Virus record (IMG/VR): IMGVR_UViG_3300010220_000126
Location: 1-42,993 of that record
Direction: 5' to 3' (one strand)
DNA: 42,993 nt
From: a virus
Lineage: Duplodnaviria > Caudoviricetes
Shown: one piece after another, positions 25,299 through 35,371 of the stretch
How the letters are laid out: each line of letters begins with the position of its first letter
Position numbering within the stretch: the stretch's first letter is position 1
Notes under the pieces: model-generated
Databases searched by the model: none
Told to the model about the DNA's origin: nothing
The model's input: only the letters and a program-made list of their open reading frames with translations
Position numbers and translations under genes: made by a program

Positions 25299-25691
25299 GG
25301 GCCGGCCGCTGTCATGCGCCATGAGTTCTGTAAATGGTTCCCATTTGACATTTGCGCAGCGGGCGGCGGGATTGACGCTTAGTGCTTCGACCTTTTGGTT
25401 GCGGAAGCCAAAAGCTGTTGTCTTGACTCCGGTATAGGCGCCGAAGCTGTTCTTCGCGTTCATGCGCACACATACGGCTATGAAATCGCCCGCTAATGGC
25501 GTTGTAGCGTGAAATGGTGCCGAAATCTCTGCATCTCGCACTGAGTACGGGTCTTTCAGGGACGCCCGGTAGTACGCGAATAGTGCCGCACGGTATTCCT
25601 GTGGCAGGTCGTCGGTAATTGTGACCGGTCCATTCGTTGATTGGCAGCCGATTAGCGACACGGCAATGAAGAACAGAATAAGTCGCATCAT
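25278..25691 (-). CDS. Lipoprotein moron
   Basis: Signal peptide with lipobox LIGC; LKDPYS...VCVRMNAKNSFGAYTG; opposite strand, lower GC. Confidence 0.85.
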   Translation of the reverse strand: MMRLILFFIAVSLIGCQSTNGPVTITDDLPQEYRAALFAYYRASLKDPYSVRDAEISAPFHATTPLAGDFIAVCVRMNAKNSFGAYTGVKTTAFGFRNQKVEALSVNPAARCANVKWEPFTELMAHDSGRPSQVNPL

Positions 25692-25802
25692 AAATCCTGG
25701 TGAATGATGGCGCGCGCGCAGTTGACGGCGAATGTAACTGGCGACGCTCGGCGGATCAACGGCTTGACGTGGTCTGTTGGGGTTTGAGCAAAGGATAGGA
25801 CG

Positions 25803-27680
25803 GTGTCACCTTCCAATGAAGAAAAGCTTGTTTATCTGTTCGAGGGCCGAACAAAGGACCTGGAAAGGGCGATGCAACGCGTCGAACGGCAGATAAAGCG
25901 CGGCTTTGCCAGTTCGTCGAAACAAGTCAAAAAATTTGAGGCGGATATCAAAAAGGCGTCGTCCACGGCGAAGCTATTTGCGGCCGCATTTGGAGGCGGC
26001 TTTGCCGGTGGTATCGTTGCCGGCGGTGTCTTTCAGCTTCCGGGCGCATTCCGTGAAATCATCGCTGAAGCATCGAACCTTGCCAAGATTGCGGACAAGG
26101 TTGGCCTTGGTGTCGAAGCCCTGCAGGAACTGCAATTCGCGGCGGAACTGACCGGCGTTCCGGTCGTCGCGCTGAATATGGGCATGCAGCGGTTTTCTAG
26201 GCGTGTTGCCGAGGCCGCCAATGGTGCTGGCGAGTTGCTGCCGATCCTGAAAGCGAACAACGTGGCCTTGCGTGACCAGAACGGCAACATGCGGTCGCAA
26301 ATCGATATTCTCAACGACTATGCCAATCTGATCAAAAACGCGAAGTCGGAGCAGGAGCGGCTCCTGCTTGCCTTTAAAGCCTTCGACAGCGAGGGTGCGG
26401 CGCTGGTCAACCTGTTGAAAGGCGGATCGAGCGGGTTAGCGCGCTTCCGGCAAGCGGCCCGTGATGCGGGCGGGGTTCTCGAAGACGACCTTCTCCGCCG
26501 CATGGAGGAAGTGGACAACCGTTTTGCCCAGATAGGGCGGACAATCGACATGTACCTGAAAAGGGGCATTCTGAGCAGCGTTGATGCACTTGATACGCTT
26601 TTAGAAAGAATGCGCACTGTCGACGGTCAGGCGACGGCGACGCTTGAACAGCGGCTTACGGCGATCGGTGCTGAAAACCTCGAACTCGAGCGCCAATTGC
26701 TGCTTGTAAAAGACGAAAGCCGGGCGACGCGTGAATTGGCGACGACGGAAACCTTGAACACTGAGCGGCGTATCGAATCCTTAAACGATCAAATAAAGGC
26801 GAACATCGAGGAAGAGCAAAAGATACTGGCAGAGTTGGATCACCGTCGCCGGCAAGACTCCGGCTCCGGTTCGTCGTCGGGCGGTTCCACAATCATTCCG
26901 CCCCCTAAAAAGCCCCGCACCGGGCCGTCACAAGCCGAGCGGGAATTGGAGCGCCAGCGGCAAGCGGTTCTGAAACTGATCGAAACCCTTGAAGATGAGC
27001 AATCCATGCTCGGCATGTCGTCGGCTGAACAGCGCGTACACAACGCCTTGCGCCAGGCCGGCGCGGTGGCGACGGATGAACAGAAGCAAAGGATTGCGGC
27101 GCTTGTGACCGAAATCGAGCGGGCAAAAAAGGCGCAAGAGGAATTCAACCAATTGGTTGAATTTGCCGGTAGCCAACTCACGGGCGTTTTTTCCGACATG
27201 ATATCGGGCGCCAGTACCTTTGAAGACTCCATGAACCGGGTCGCCAAGGCGATCGCCGATGCCGCTTTGCAGGCGGCGTTGATGGGGCAAGGGCCGCTCG
27301 CCGGCCTGTTCGGCTTAGCGCCGACCGGCGGTAACACAATCGGCGGCTTGGTTGGCTTGCTCGCCGGTTCGGCCGCATCGCCAACGGCGGCCTTTGGTGG
27401 GCTCTTTGCCGATGGCGGGCATCTTGGCGCGGGCGAGTGGGGTATTGCTGGTGAGAGGGGTCCGGAGATTATCCGGGGGCCGGCCGAAGTTGTGCCAATC
27501 GCAAAGCATCGTGGCGGTAGCGACGTGCGGGTCACGCTGTCGACCGCGATCGACGCGCGCGGTGCGGACTCGGGTGTCGAGGCGCGCCTAGAGCGGGCGC
27601 TTGCCGAGCGCGATCGGAACCTTCAGCGCGTGTTGCCCAGCCTTGTTCGCGAGGCCGCCAGCCGTGGGAGCCTTGGCTAA
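25803..27680 (+). CDS. Tape measure protein
   Basis: ADKVGL.VEALQELQFAA..TGV, helical Ala/Glu-rich body, C-terminal GLFADGG...GIAGERGPE. Confidence 0.9.
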   Translation: MSPSNEEKLVYLFEGRTKDLERAMQRVERQIKRGFASSSKQVKKFEADIKKASSTAKLFAAAFGGGFAGGIVAGGVFQLPGAFREIIAEASNLAKIADKVGLGVEALQELQFAAELTGVPVVALNMGMQRFSRRVAEAANGAGELLPILKANNVALRDQNGNMRSQIDILNDYANLIKNAKSEQERLLLAFKAFDSEGAALVNLLKGGSSGLARFRQAARDAGGVLEDDLLRRMEEVDNRFAQIGRTIDMYLKRGILSSVDALDTLLERMRTVDGQATATLEQRLTAIGAENLELERQLLLVKDESRATRELATTETLNTERRIESLNDQIKANIEEEQKILAELDHRRRQDSGSGSSSGGSTIIPPPKKPRTGPSQAERELERQRQAVLKLIETLEDEQSMLGMSSAEQRVHNALRQAGAVATDEQKQRIAALVTEIERAKKAQEEFNQLVEFAGSQLTGVFSDMISGASTFEDSMNRVAKAIADAALQAALMGQGPLAGLFGLAPTGGNTIGGLVGLLAGSAASPTAAFGGLFADGGHLGAGEWGIAGERGPEIIRGPAEVVPIAKHRGGSDVRVTLSTAIDARGADSGVEARLERALAERDRNLQRVLPSLVREAASRGSLG

Positions 27681-28324
27681 TGGCCTATTACGGCCTTGTC
27701 TGGAAAAACGTCTTCGTGCGGTGCCGGTTCGATCTTGTCGAAACGGCGCAATTCGGCATGGCCCGTGGCGGCCTTGCCCAGGTGATCGGCGCCGGGGCGC
27801 CGCGTTGGCGCGCGACCTATCAGACGCGGCCCTTGCGTGCTGACCATGTGCGGCAATGGGAGGTGTGGTGGCAGCGCTTGCGTGGGGGCTTGAACGGCTT
27901 CCACGCGATTCCCTGCCTGCAACGCCAGCCGGCGGACTATTGCGGCGTCGACCTCGCGAGCATGACGCGGGCCGGCGGCGGGGCGTTCACCGGGATCGCC
28001 ACATTGACCGCGCTGGACACAACGACGTTGTCGATTTCTGGATTGCCGGCCGGCTTCGTGTTCCGGGCCGGCGACTTCGTCGGGCTTCGCGAGGGTGGCA
28101 ATCGCGGGTTACATCGGATCCTCGCCGATGGAGCCGCTTCAGGCGGCGGCGCGGTGACGGTGTCCGTCGTTCCGTTCGTGCTGACCAACGTTTTCACGAC
28201 GTCAGCCGAAGTGGTGATCAAGGACCCGTCATGCCTGATGGTGCCGGAACAGGGCAGTTTTTCAGGTGAGCAAATGGCGACCGCGTCGCCGGTGACCTTT
28301 TCCGGGATTCAGCGGGTGCTTTAG
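27680..28324 (+). CDS. Distal tail protein (putative)
   Basis: Directly after the tape measure gene; W.A.Y...W..W...LRGG..F and GDFVG motifs. Confidence 0.7.
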   Translation: MAYYGLVWKNVFVRCRFDLVETAQFGMARGGLAQVIGAGAPRWRATYQTRPLRADHVRQWEVWWQRLRGGLNGFHAIPCLQRQPADYCGVDLASMTRAGGGAFTGIATLTALDTTTLSISGLPAGFVFRAGDFVGLREGGNRGLHRILADGAASGGGAVTVSVVPFVLTNVFTTSAEVVIKDPSCLMVPEQGSFSGEQMATASPVTFSGIQRVL

Positions 28325-28990
28325 ATGCGGGTCATTGATGCAGCCACCCTTGCGCGGCTCGATGAGGGCCGCATCATTGAGCATGTCGGCCTCATTTTCG
28401 ACTTCCCGTCCGGCCTTCATGCATTCTGGACCGGGCAGGGGCCGTATGTCTGGAATGGCGTGACATTCATCGGCGGCGGTTCTCTGTTCGAATTGGACCC
28501 GATCCGCGCGACGGACGGCATGGAGGCGGTCGGCTTGACGGCGCGGCTGCGGTCGATCGCCGACAGCGCGCTTTCCGGCGACGTGCTCGCGACGATCAAT
28601 GATGAGCACTATCACCAGCGTCCGGTGTCGCTCTACCTGATCTATTTCGACCCGGACACCGCCGCCGAACTCTCGGTGGAGGTGCTATTTCGCGGCTATG
28701 TCGATCAAATCATTCATCGCGAGGATGGCGACGGGACGTACATGCTCACGGCGACGCTGGAATCGCGGGCGCGCGATCTGACCAAGCGCGGCGTGCGGAC
28801 GCGGTCGCCGGCCGATCAAGATCGCGTGCGATCCGGTGACACCGCCTTTCGTTATGCCGCCCGGCATCCCCACGAGACGATTTATTTCGGGATGAGCGGT
28901 CCAAAAAAGAAAAAGGGCGGCGGCGGCTTGATCGGCGTGGGCCATCGGTTGCGCAAAGGCCGCGGCCGTCGTGGGGGCGGCGAAGGCTAA
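28325..28990 (+). CDS. Tail hub / gpL-like protein (putative)
   Basis: FWTG.G...WNG.TF.GGG...FRGY.D...DQ.....GD..F.Y; basic Gly-rich C-terminus. Confidence 0.7.
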   Translation: MRVIDAATLARLDEGRIIEHVGLIFDFPSGLHAFWTGQGPYVWNGVTFIGGGSLFELDPIRATDGMEAVGLTARLRSIADSALSGDVLATINDEHYHQRPVSLYLIYFDPDTAAELSVEVLFRGYVDQIIHREDGDGTYMLTATLESRARDLTKRGVRTRSPADQDRVRSGDTAFRYAARHPHETIYFGMSGPKKKKGGGGLIGVGHRLRKGRGRRGGGEG

Positions 28991-29391
28991 TGCGCGCGCC
29001 GGGTTGGGAAACGCGCTTTGTCGAGACGATTGAAGCGCATTCGTCGCAGCCGTTTGTGTGGGGTGCCAGCGATTGCTGGTGCTTTTCCATGGACGTCGTC
29101 CAAGCCTTGACCGGTGCCGATCCGTGGGCACATGCCAGGCGGTACAGGACGCGCATTGGCGCGGCGCGCATCCTGAAAGCGGAAGGCTTTTCGAGCGTCG
29201 CGGACGCGGTTGCGGCGACGTTCGCGCCGGTTCCGGTCTCGATGGCGTGGCGGGGCGATCTCGCCATTGTCGACAGTGAAGACGGCCCCGTCGTCGCTGT
29301 GGTTGAAGGTGTCCAGCTTGTGGCGAAATCCGAAGCCGGGCTTATCCGATTGCCCCGCGCGATGGCGCGGCAAACGTTCCGGGTGGAATAG
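28990..29391 (+). CDS. NlpC/P60-like (DUF6950-like) tail protein
   Basis: PFVWGASDC..F....V.ALTG.D...A.RGD. Confidence 0.8.
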   Translation: MRAPGWETRFVETIEAHSSQPFVWGASDCWCFSMDVVQALTGADPWAHARRYRTRIGAARILKAEGFSSVADAVAATFAPVPVSMAWRGDLAIVDSEDGPVVAVVEGVQLVAKSEAGLIRLPRAMARQTFRVE

Positions 29392-32300
29392 ATGGCGGTG
29401 ATTGGCGCGGCCGTCGCGGCGGTCGCGGGGGTTGTCTCTTCTGTGGCGGGCGCCGTTGGCGTGCTCGGCACGGTCGGAAAGGCGTTGATCGGTATCGGTC
29501 TGTCGGTCGGTGTGAACGCTCTCGCTGGCAGCATGGCACGGTCCGGCTCGACGCCGGGCGGTGTGCAGTCGGATGTGTCCTTCGGCGCCGATGTGCCGCG
29601 TTCGATCCCGTTTGGCCGTGTCGGCACGACCGGGCATTTCATCTACAAAAACAGCTTCGGAAAGAACAACAAATATCTTGAGCTGGTCTATGTGTTGGCT
29701 GATTGGCCCTGTGATGAGCTGGAAAAAATCTGGGTCGATGGCGAGGAAAAGGCGCTGGTCGCTGAAGCCATACCGCCAGGGAACACCGAAACGGCGCGCT
29801 ATCATGTCGACGGTTATAGCCACAATGGCGAGGAAAAATTCATTGTCCGGTTTTTCAAGGGCCGGTTCAACCAGGCGGCGGACGCGGAGCTGGTTGCGAA
29901 TGCGAGGGGCAGTGGTAGCAATCGGACGTGGGACGACGATTCGGTCGCGGCCGGATGTTGCTACGTCTCCGTGACGCTGTGGTATGAGGATAAGCTTTAT
30001 CCCAGCGGCGTGCCTACGCTCTTTTTCCAGCTCAAGGGCGCCTTGCTCTACGATTGGCGAAAAGACGACACGGTCGGCGGCTCGGGCAATCACCGGTGGG
30101 AGGATGTTGGGACTTGGGAGTGGTCGGACAATCCGGCGGTTTGCGAATACAATTACCGGCGTGGCTTTTGGAGGAATGGTGAAAAGTTGCTCGGTATGGG
30201 TGTTCCGGCCTATGACCTCCTCCTAGACCACTACACGGCGGCCGCGAATGTCTGCGATGAGCCGACGACCGAAGGCGGCGAGACCGTGCGGCGGTACCGA
30301 TGCTCGGCGATCATCGCCGATGACATCGAATATCGCACCGGCGTGGAGGCGTTCACACGCGCCATGGCCGGTTTCGCGCTTGAGCATTCGGGTCAATACG
30401 CGCCCGTCGCCGGCACCTCTCAGGCGATCGTTGCGACCATCACCGATGACGACCTCATGGTCGGTGAGGCGGTCGAATGGTCAAAGACCCGTCCGCGCTC
30501 CGAGTTGGTGAATTCGCTCTCAGGGACCTTCACGGACCCATCCGAGCTTTGGGAGCCGGTTGCTTACAAGCCCCTTGTCAGCGCGACATGGGAAGCTGAG
30601 GACGGGGGGGAGCGCTTGGCGGCGACCTATGACCTGCCGTCGGTCACGTCCCGCTTTCAGGCCTTGCGGGTGCGTCGGACCTATGGCCGGGCAATGCGGA
30701 TGCAGGCACACGGTTCCATCGCGCTCGGTCTGCGGTTCATCTATCTGGAACCGGGCGATTGGATTCGCTGGAACTCAGCGCGATATGGAGACCGCACCTA
30801 TCGCATTGCCGAATGGGTGAAGGAGAAAAACCAGGTCATTCGGCTAGGTATTGAGGAAACCCAGCCGTGGGTGTTCGGTGAGGATGCTTATGACGGCGAC
30901 GTGACGCCGACGCTGTTAAACCCCGTTCCGTCCGGATTGGCGGCGACCGTAACGGGATTGACGGTACAGGCAACGACGATTGGCGGCGGCAAGGGGCAAG
31001 AGCGGCCTGCGCTGCATGTCACGTGGGACCCCCCGGAAGACCGGACCGTCACGGCTGTGATTCTGGAATACCGCGTCGCGAATTCTCCGGCCGTCTACCG
31101 GTATCGGGACGACGATCCGGAATCGGGGTCTCACCACATCGTGCAGGACCTCATGGGCAACACCGGCTATCAGGTCCGTGCGACGATCGCGACGCGGCCG
31201 CCGCGCGTGACACAGTGGACGGCGTGGGTCGGCATGACCACGGCAAACGTCTATGAGCTGGTCGACGCGCAAGCGGCGATCGACGCGGCGGCGGCGGATG
31301 CGGCGGAAATCCAGCAATTGCTGTTCGATGCGATCGGCGGTGCCGACGTGGAACTGATCAATCTGGGAACGCTGGCTGTCGCGCAAGGCGTGCTGGAGAG
31401 CCAAGTCGCCTTGAACGGCGTTGACGTGACGCAATTGCGCACGTCGCTAACCAATCTTGTCACCGCCCTTGATCATCGCCAGAGCGTCCGCGACACCGTC
31501 GCAGCTCACATAGAATTCCAGTGGTTCGAGGATCTGGAATCGAACGCGTCAACCTTGCTCACCTTGGCAACGCAGGTTGATGACATTAATAGCACTTTGA
31601 CGGATGCTGGCATCGTCATCGACCCGGTGACCGGCAATGTCACCATCACCGGCGTTGACGGCCTTGACGCGCGCTTGACGTCCGAAGTGGACGCACTAAC
31701 GGGGCTCATTTCCGACCGCGCAACGCGCGTTGAATTGCAGAACGGATTGGCGGCGTTGGCGGCCGGCTTCGAAAGCTCCGAAATCTGGACATTCGATGCC
31801 GGCTCGGACGGCTGGTCGCCGTCGGCGGGAACGCTGACATGGGCGGCCGGCGCGGTGCAAATCGGGGCCGGCGGGGTTGCCGTGTCGCCAACGGTGGCGA
31901 TCGACGCGGCGGCGAACCCGCTGATCGCCATGCGGATCAAGCGGGCGTCGGGCGGCGATTGGGATGTTGCCGTGGAATGGGACGCGGGCGCCGGTTGGGT
32001 CGGCGGTGTTGCCATCGACGAACCGGCTTCGCCGGGCTCATACAAGGACGTCACGCTGTCGCTTGCGGACGATCCGGCATGGGCCGGGACAATTGAGGCA
32101 ATCCGCATCGTGACGTCCGGCGGGTCAGCCTACGACGTCGACATGGTCCGGGTCGGTCAATCCGCGCTCCAGCAGTTGTTTCTGGACGATATCGCCGGCA
32201 CCTTGACCGACCTGCAAACGTCGATCGATCTCAATTCGGCGGCGATCGAAAGCCGCGCGACCCTTGCCGAACTCGGCACCGAGTCCGACCGGATCACGAC

Positions 32301-33555
32301 GGTGATAAGCCGTGTTGACGCGGCCGAAGCGGCGATCGCCCTTCGTGCGACCACGGCGGTCGTCGATGACATCGCGACGTCTGTCACCGTCGCGCAACAG
32401 CAAATTGACGCGCTTGCGGGCACCATCCATTCGTTGGCGGTGTCGACCAAGACCGACGACCTGTCGCGGGAAGTTGAAAATCTTGGGCGGTCCCTGATCA
32501 ATTGGATTCGAACCGGCGATGAACGGCTCAACGAACTGTCAGCCGGTTTGTCGGTCGCCTCGCACAAGCTGTCGGCGCGGGTAGACTCTGTTGACGCGGC
32601 GCGTGCCGAGCAGCTTGCGACGCTGTCGGCCGCGATCGACGGCGCCTTGGCGACGATCACCGCTGAACAGGTGGCACGTGCCGATGCGATCGCGGCCGTC
32701 ACGGCCGATATTTCCAATCTCGAAGCGCGCGTTGCGGCGAATGAGGACGGCACGGCGGGGGCGGTCGCCGCGATCGCGAGTGAGCAGATTGCGCGGGCAA
32801 CGGCAGACGAAGCGATTGCCTCGAACCTTACCGCTGTCGAGGCGCGCGTGGTCACGGCCGAAGGCGCGGTTGCGGAAGCGCAGGCCAGTATCGCCGATGA
32901 GGCGACGGCGCGCGCGACGGCTGACCAGGCCGAAGCGATCGCGCGGCAAACCCTCGCGGCACGTGTGACGACGGCCGAAGGCGATATCGCGGCGGCGACG
33001 GCGGCGGTCGCCAGCGAGTCCGTTGCGCGCGCCAATGCCGATGGCGCGCTCGCGGCGACGGTGACCTCGCTTGCCGCGCGGGTCGACTCCGCCGAAAGCG
33101 GCGTATCGGCAAACGAGGCGTCAATTACACAAGAGAGCGTCGCGCGTGCGAATGGCGATAGCGCCGTCGCTGCGCAGGTGACGACCATGCAAGCGACGGT
33201 GAATGGCCACACGTCCACCCTGCAAGTGCATGGCGGTGCCATCGGGGGCTTTGCCTATCAGTGGGGCGTGACGGGAACGATCAACGGCAGCACCGGCGGT
33301 TTCACGATGACGGGTATCCGTCGTATGGGCGGATCGACAACGCACCAACTTCTCGTACGCGGCGACGTCCTGGTCGATGGAACGATCACGGGCGCCAAGA
33401 TCGCGGCGGATGCAATATCGGCAAATCACATCAATGTGTCGGGGCTTTCAGCGATCAAGGCTGATATGGGGACGTTGACGGCGGGTAAGATCGTGTCCGA
33501 CAACGGCAAGCTCGAAATCAACGCCACGGGCGGCTTCATTCTGATCCGAGATTAG
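29392..33555 (+). CDS. Tail tip / host-specificity protein (gpJ-like)
   Basis: 1387 aa; PRSIPFGR, WEWSDNPA, AAANVCDE, RYRC, LEPGD, FN3-like region, ExxARAxAD coiled-coil repeats, DGTITGAKI...LSAI.ADMGTLTAG. Confidence 0.9.
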   Translation: MAVIGAAVAAVAGVVSSVAGAVGVLGTVGKALIGIGLSVGVNALAGSMARSGSTPGGVQSDVSFGADVPRSIPFGRVGTTGHFIYKNSFGKNNKYLELVYVLADWPCDELEKIWVDGEEKALVAEAIPPGNTETARYHVDGYSHNGEEKFIVRFFKGRFNQAADAELVANARGSGSNRTWDDDSVAAGCCYVSVTLWYEDKLYPSGVPTLFFQLKGALLYDWRKDDTVGGSGNHRWEDVGTWEWSDNPAVCEYNYRRGFWRNGEKLLGMGVPAYDLLLDHYTAAANVCDEPTTEGGETVRRYRCSAIIADDIEYRTGVEAFTRAMAGFALEHSGQYAPVAGTSQAIVATITDDDLMVGEAVEWSKTRPRSELVNSLSGTFTDPSELWEPVAYKPLVSATWEAEDGGERLAATYDLPSVTSRFQALRVRRTYGRAMRMQAHGSIALGLRFIYLEPGDWIRWNSARYGDRTYRIAEWVKEKNQVIRLGIEETQPWVFGEDAYDGDVTPTLLNPVPSGLAATVTGLTVQATTIGGGKGQERPALHVTWDPPEDRTVTAVILEYRVANSPAVYRYRDDDPESGSHHIVQDLMGNTGYQVRATIATRPPRVTQWTAWVGMTTANVYELVDAQAAIDAAAADAAEIQQLLFDAIGGADVELINLGTLAVAQGVLESQVALNGVDVTQLRTSLTNLVTALDHRQSVRDTVAAHIEFQWFEDLESNASTLLTLATQVDDINSTLTDAGIVIDPVTGNVTITGVDGLDARLTSEVDALTGLISDRATRVELQNGLAALAAGFESSEIWTFDAGSDGWSPSAGTLTWAAGAVQIGAGGVAVSPTVAIDAAANPLIAMRIKRASGGDWDVAVEWDAGAGWVGGVAIDEPASPGSYKDVTLSLADDPAWAGTIEAIRIVTSGGSAYDVDMVRVGQSALQQLFLDDIAGTLTDLQTSIDLNSAAIESRATLAELGTESDRITTVISRVDAAEAAIALRATTAVVDDIATSVTVAQQQIDALAGTIHSLAVSTKTDDLSREVENLGRSLINWIRTGDERLNELSAGLSVASHKLSARVDSVDAARAEQLATLSAAIDGALATITAEQVARADAIAAVTADISNLEARVAANEDGTAGAVAAIASEQIARATADEAIASNLTAVEARVVTAEGAVAEAQASIADEATARATADQAEAIARQTLAARVTTAEGDIAAATAAVASESVARANADGALAATVTSLAARVDSAESGVSANEASITQESVARANGDSAVAAQVTTMQATVNGHTSTLQVHGGAIGGFAYQWGVTGTINGSTGGFTMTGIRRMGGSTTHQLLVRGDVLVDGTITGAKIAADAISANHINVSGLSAIKADMGTLTAGKIVSDNGKLEINATGGFILIRD

Positions 33556-33559
33556 GGCG

Positions 33560-33934
33560 ATGACCAACCGTGTGATTTTTGGGGATTTCAATGGCGAATA
33601 CGTGTTGCGTGTCAGCCGGCCCGGCTACAATGTCGCGGCGGCTCTCGCCACGAAGAATCTGGCCTTTGACAGCCGGTGGCCGGACGCGCTGACCGTCCAT
33701 CAAACCGGGTCGTTCAGTACGGATGATACGATTTCCGTATCTTTCCCGTCTCTCGGATACGTCCCGGTCGCCTTCGTGATGGCGTGGGATCGGCCGCGCA
33801 GCCGGTTCAGCGGCTTCAATGACGGTGAGGTCTATCACACCCACAACAAGATTTATGTGGACCAAAGCCAGCCGCATCCCGTGCGTGTCTACTATGTGAT
33901 TTTCAAGCAAAAACTGTGCAACGTGTTGGGCTGA
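33560..33934 (+). CDS. Small tail-tip accessory protein, paralog 1
   Basis: MTNRVIFG....LRVSRPGYNV......LAFDSRW. Confidence 0.75.
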   Translation: MTNRVIFGDFNGEYVLRVSRPGYNVAAALATKNLAFDSRWPDALTVHQTGSFSTDDTISVSFPSLGYVPVAFVMAWDRPRSRFSGFNDGEVYHTHNKIYVDQSQPHPVRVYYVIFKQKLCNVLG

Positions 33935-33940
33935 CGGTTC

Positions 33941-34288
33941 ATGGTCAATCGCGTTTGTTTTGGCATGAAGGGCAGCGATGCGGGGGCCTGGATTTCCAAG
34001 CCCGGCAAGAACGTTCTCACCGCCGCCGAAAGTGACATGATGTTTTCAACGTCCGCGCAATCGGGGCAAATCGTGCAGTCTGGCAAGGTGACGTTGCCGG
34101 CCGGGACAGGCCAGACGGTTTCGGTCGCGCTGCCGCCGCTGGCGAAGACGCCACACGTGGTGTGGGGCGATAATCTCGACTTCCTCGAATCCACGACGAT
34201 GACCATCACGTCATCGGCGGTCGTCTTCAAAAACCACACCGGCGGTGCGATCACCGTCCGCTATGTGATCTTCGACGTCGACCTATGA
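33941..34288 (+). CDS. Small tail-tip accessory protein, paralog 2
   Basis: MVNRVCFG....AWISKPGKNVLTA...MMFST. Confidence 0.75.
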   Translation: MVNRVCFGMKGSDAGAWISKPGKNVLTAAESDMMFSTSAQSGQIVQSGKVTLPAGTGQTVSVALPPLAKTPHVVWGDNLDFLESTTMTITSSAVVFKNHTGGAITVRYVIFDVDL

Positions 34289-34719
34289 CGAACCGGGTGA
34301 TCATGGACAGTGCCGGATTGCGTGTGTCGCGAGCCGGCGTCAACGTTTTGACTGCGAGCGATGACCAGCTCCTGTTCAACTCCGATTTCTCCGGAATGAA
34401 GGTCATCTTGCGTGGCGTCGCCGCGACGTCGTCGGGGAGTTGGAAAAAGTTCTATTTCGGCCGGACATTCGACAGCGCGCCGCTGGTCTTTCTCGGCTTG
34501 GAGCGCGAGCTGCCATTCCCCGGCAAACCGGTGGGGGTTTCGACGCCTGTCAAGCTGTCGGTGGCGATGGTCGTCTACCGCTTTAGCGGTCTTGACCCGC
34601 AGATATACGGCTTGGCCCGCGCGTTCAGCGACCGGCTGGAACTGAAGTCCGAAAACACCAATGGGTCGACCCGGACGATTGTGTGCCGGTACGTCGTGGT
34701 CGACTACCCCGTCACCTAA
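34285..34719 (+). CDS. Small tail-tip accessory protein, paralog 3
   Basis: MTNRVIM...LRVSRAGVNVLTA...LLFNSDF. Confidence 0.75.
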   Translation: MTNRVIMDSAGLRVSRAGVNVLTASDDQLLFNSDFSGMKVILRGVAATSSGSWKKFYFGRTFDSAPLVFLGLERELPFPGKPVGVSTPVKLSVAMVVYRFSGLDPQIYGLARAFSDRLELKSENTNGSTRTIVCRYVVVDYPVT

Positions 34720-34735
34720 CCGAAGCGAAAAAGAC

Positions 34736-35371
34736 ATGGCTACAGACAGCGTGGTCGCCACGGACGAATCCGCCGTGGACGACGCAATCATTCAATTCGA
34801 TGCGGCCGGCCGCATCTTTCACATCATTACGGCGCCGATTCCGGCCGGCCTGCGAGACGTGCTTGACGAGGCGGGCGAGCCGTATTTGTGGATCGCGGAC
34901 GGTCGGGCGATCGACCCGGAAACGCATCGCGTGGACCTGTCGGACCCGTCGGCGCCGGTCGTTGTCGCGCGGGACTTGGACGAGGTCGGGGCGGAACGGT
35001 TTGAGGCCTATCGCGAGGCGATGGCGAGTGACATGGAAGCGATGGCGAGCCGGGCTTTCGCAGGGCTGCGGCGGCCGGGCCGGGACGCGATCTATGACCG
35101 AAAGGCGCGTGAGGCTTCGGACTTCCTCTTAACCGGCGATCCGGCGACGGCGCCCCTGCTTGCAGCCGAGGCCGTCGAAACCGGGTTGGCGCTGTCGGCA
35201 TTGGTCGCTGCGGTTCACGCTTACGCGCATGCCGAAGCGCTGGGCATCGAACGGATTGAAGTGGCGCGGCGCGTTGCAAAAATTGCCATTGCGGGCGCCG
35301 ACACCGTCGACGAGATCGACGCGGCCGTGACGGACTTTGCGGACACAATGCAGGACATGGAGCAAGACTGA
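34736..35371 (+). CDS. Tail-fibre associated protein (putative)
   Basis: IYDRKAREA...PLLAAEA...G...L...V...IE..RR.AK.AI..A; TGATG overlap with the fibre gene. Confidence 0.65.
   Translation: MATDSVVATDESAVDDAIIQFDAAGRIFHIITAPIPAGLRDVLDEAGEPYLWIADGRAIDPETHRVDLSDPSAPVVVARDLDEVGAERFEAYREAMASDMEAMASRAFAGLRRPGRDAIYDRKAREASDFLLTGDPATAPLLAAEAVETGLALSALVAAVHAYAHAEALGIERIEVARRVAKIAIAGADTVDEIDAAVTDFADTMQDMEQD

Noticed and set aside
25295-25802. A third bridging ORF over the antisense lipoprotein
   Set aside because: The GTGA-initiated frame stops after 9 codons and no plus-strand ORF spans the gene.
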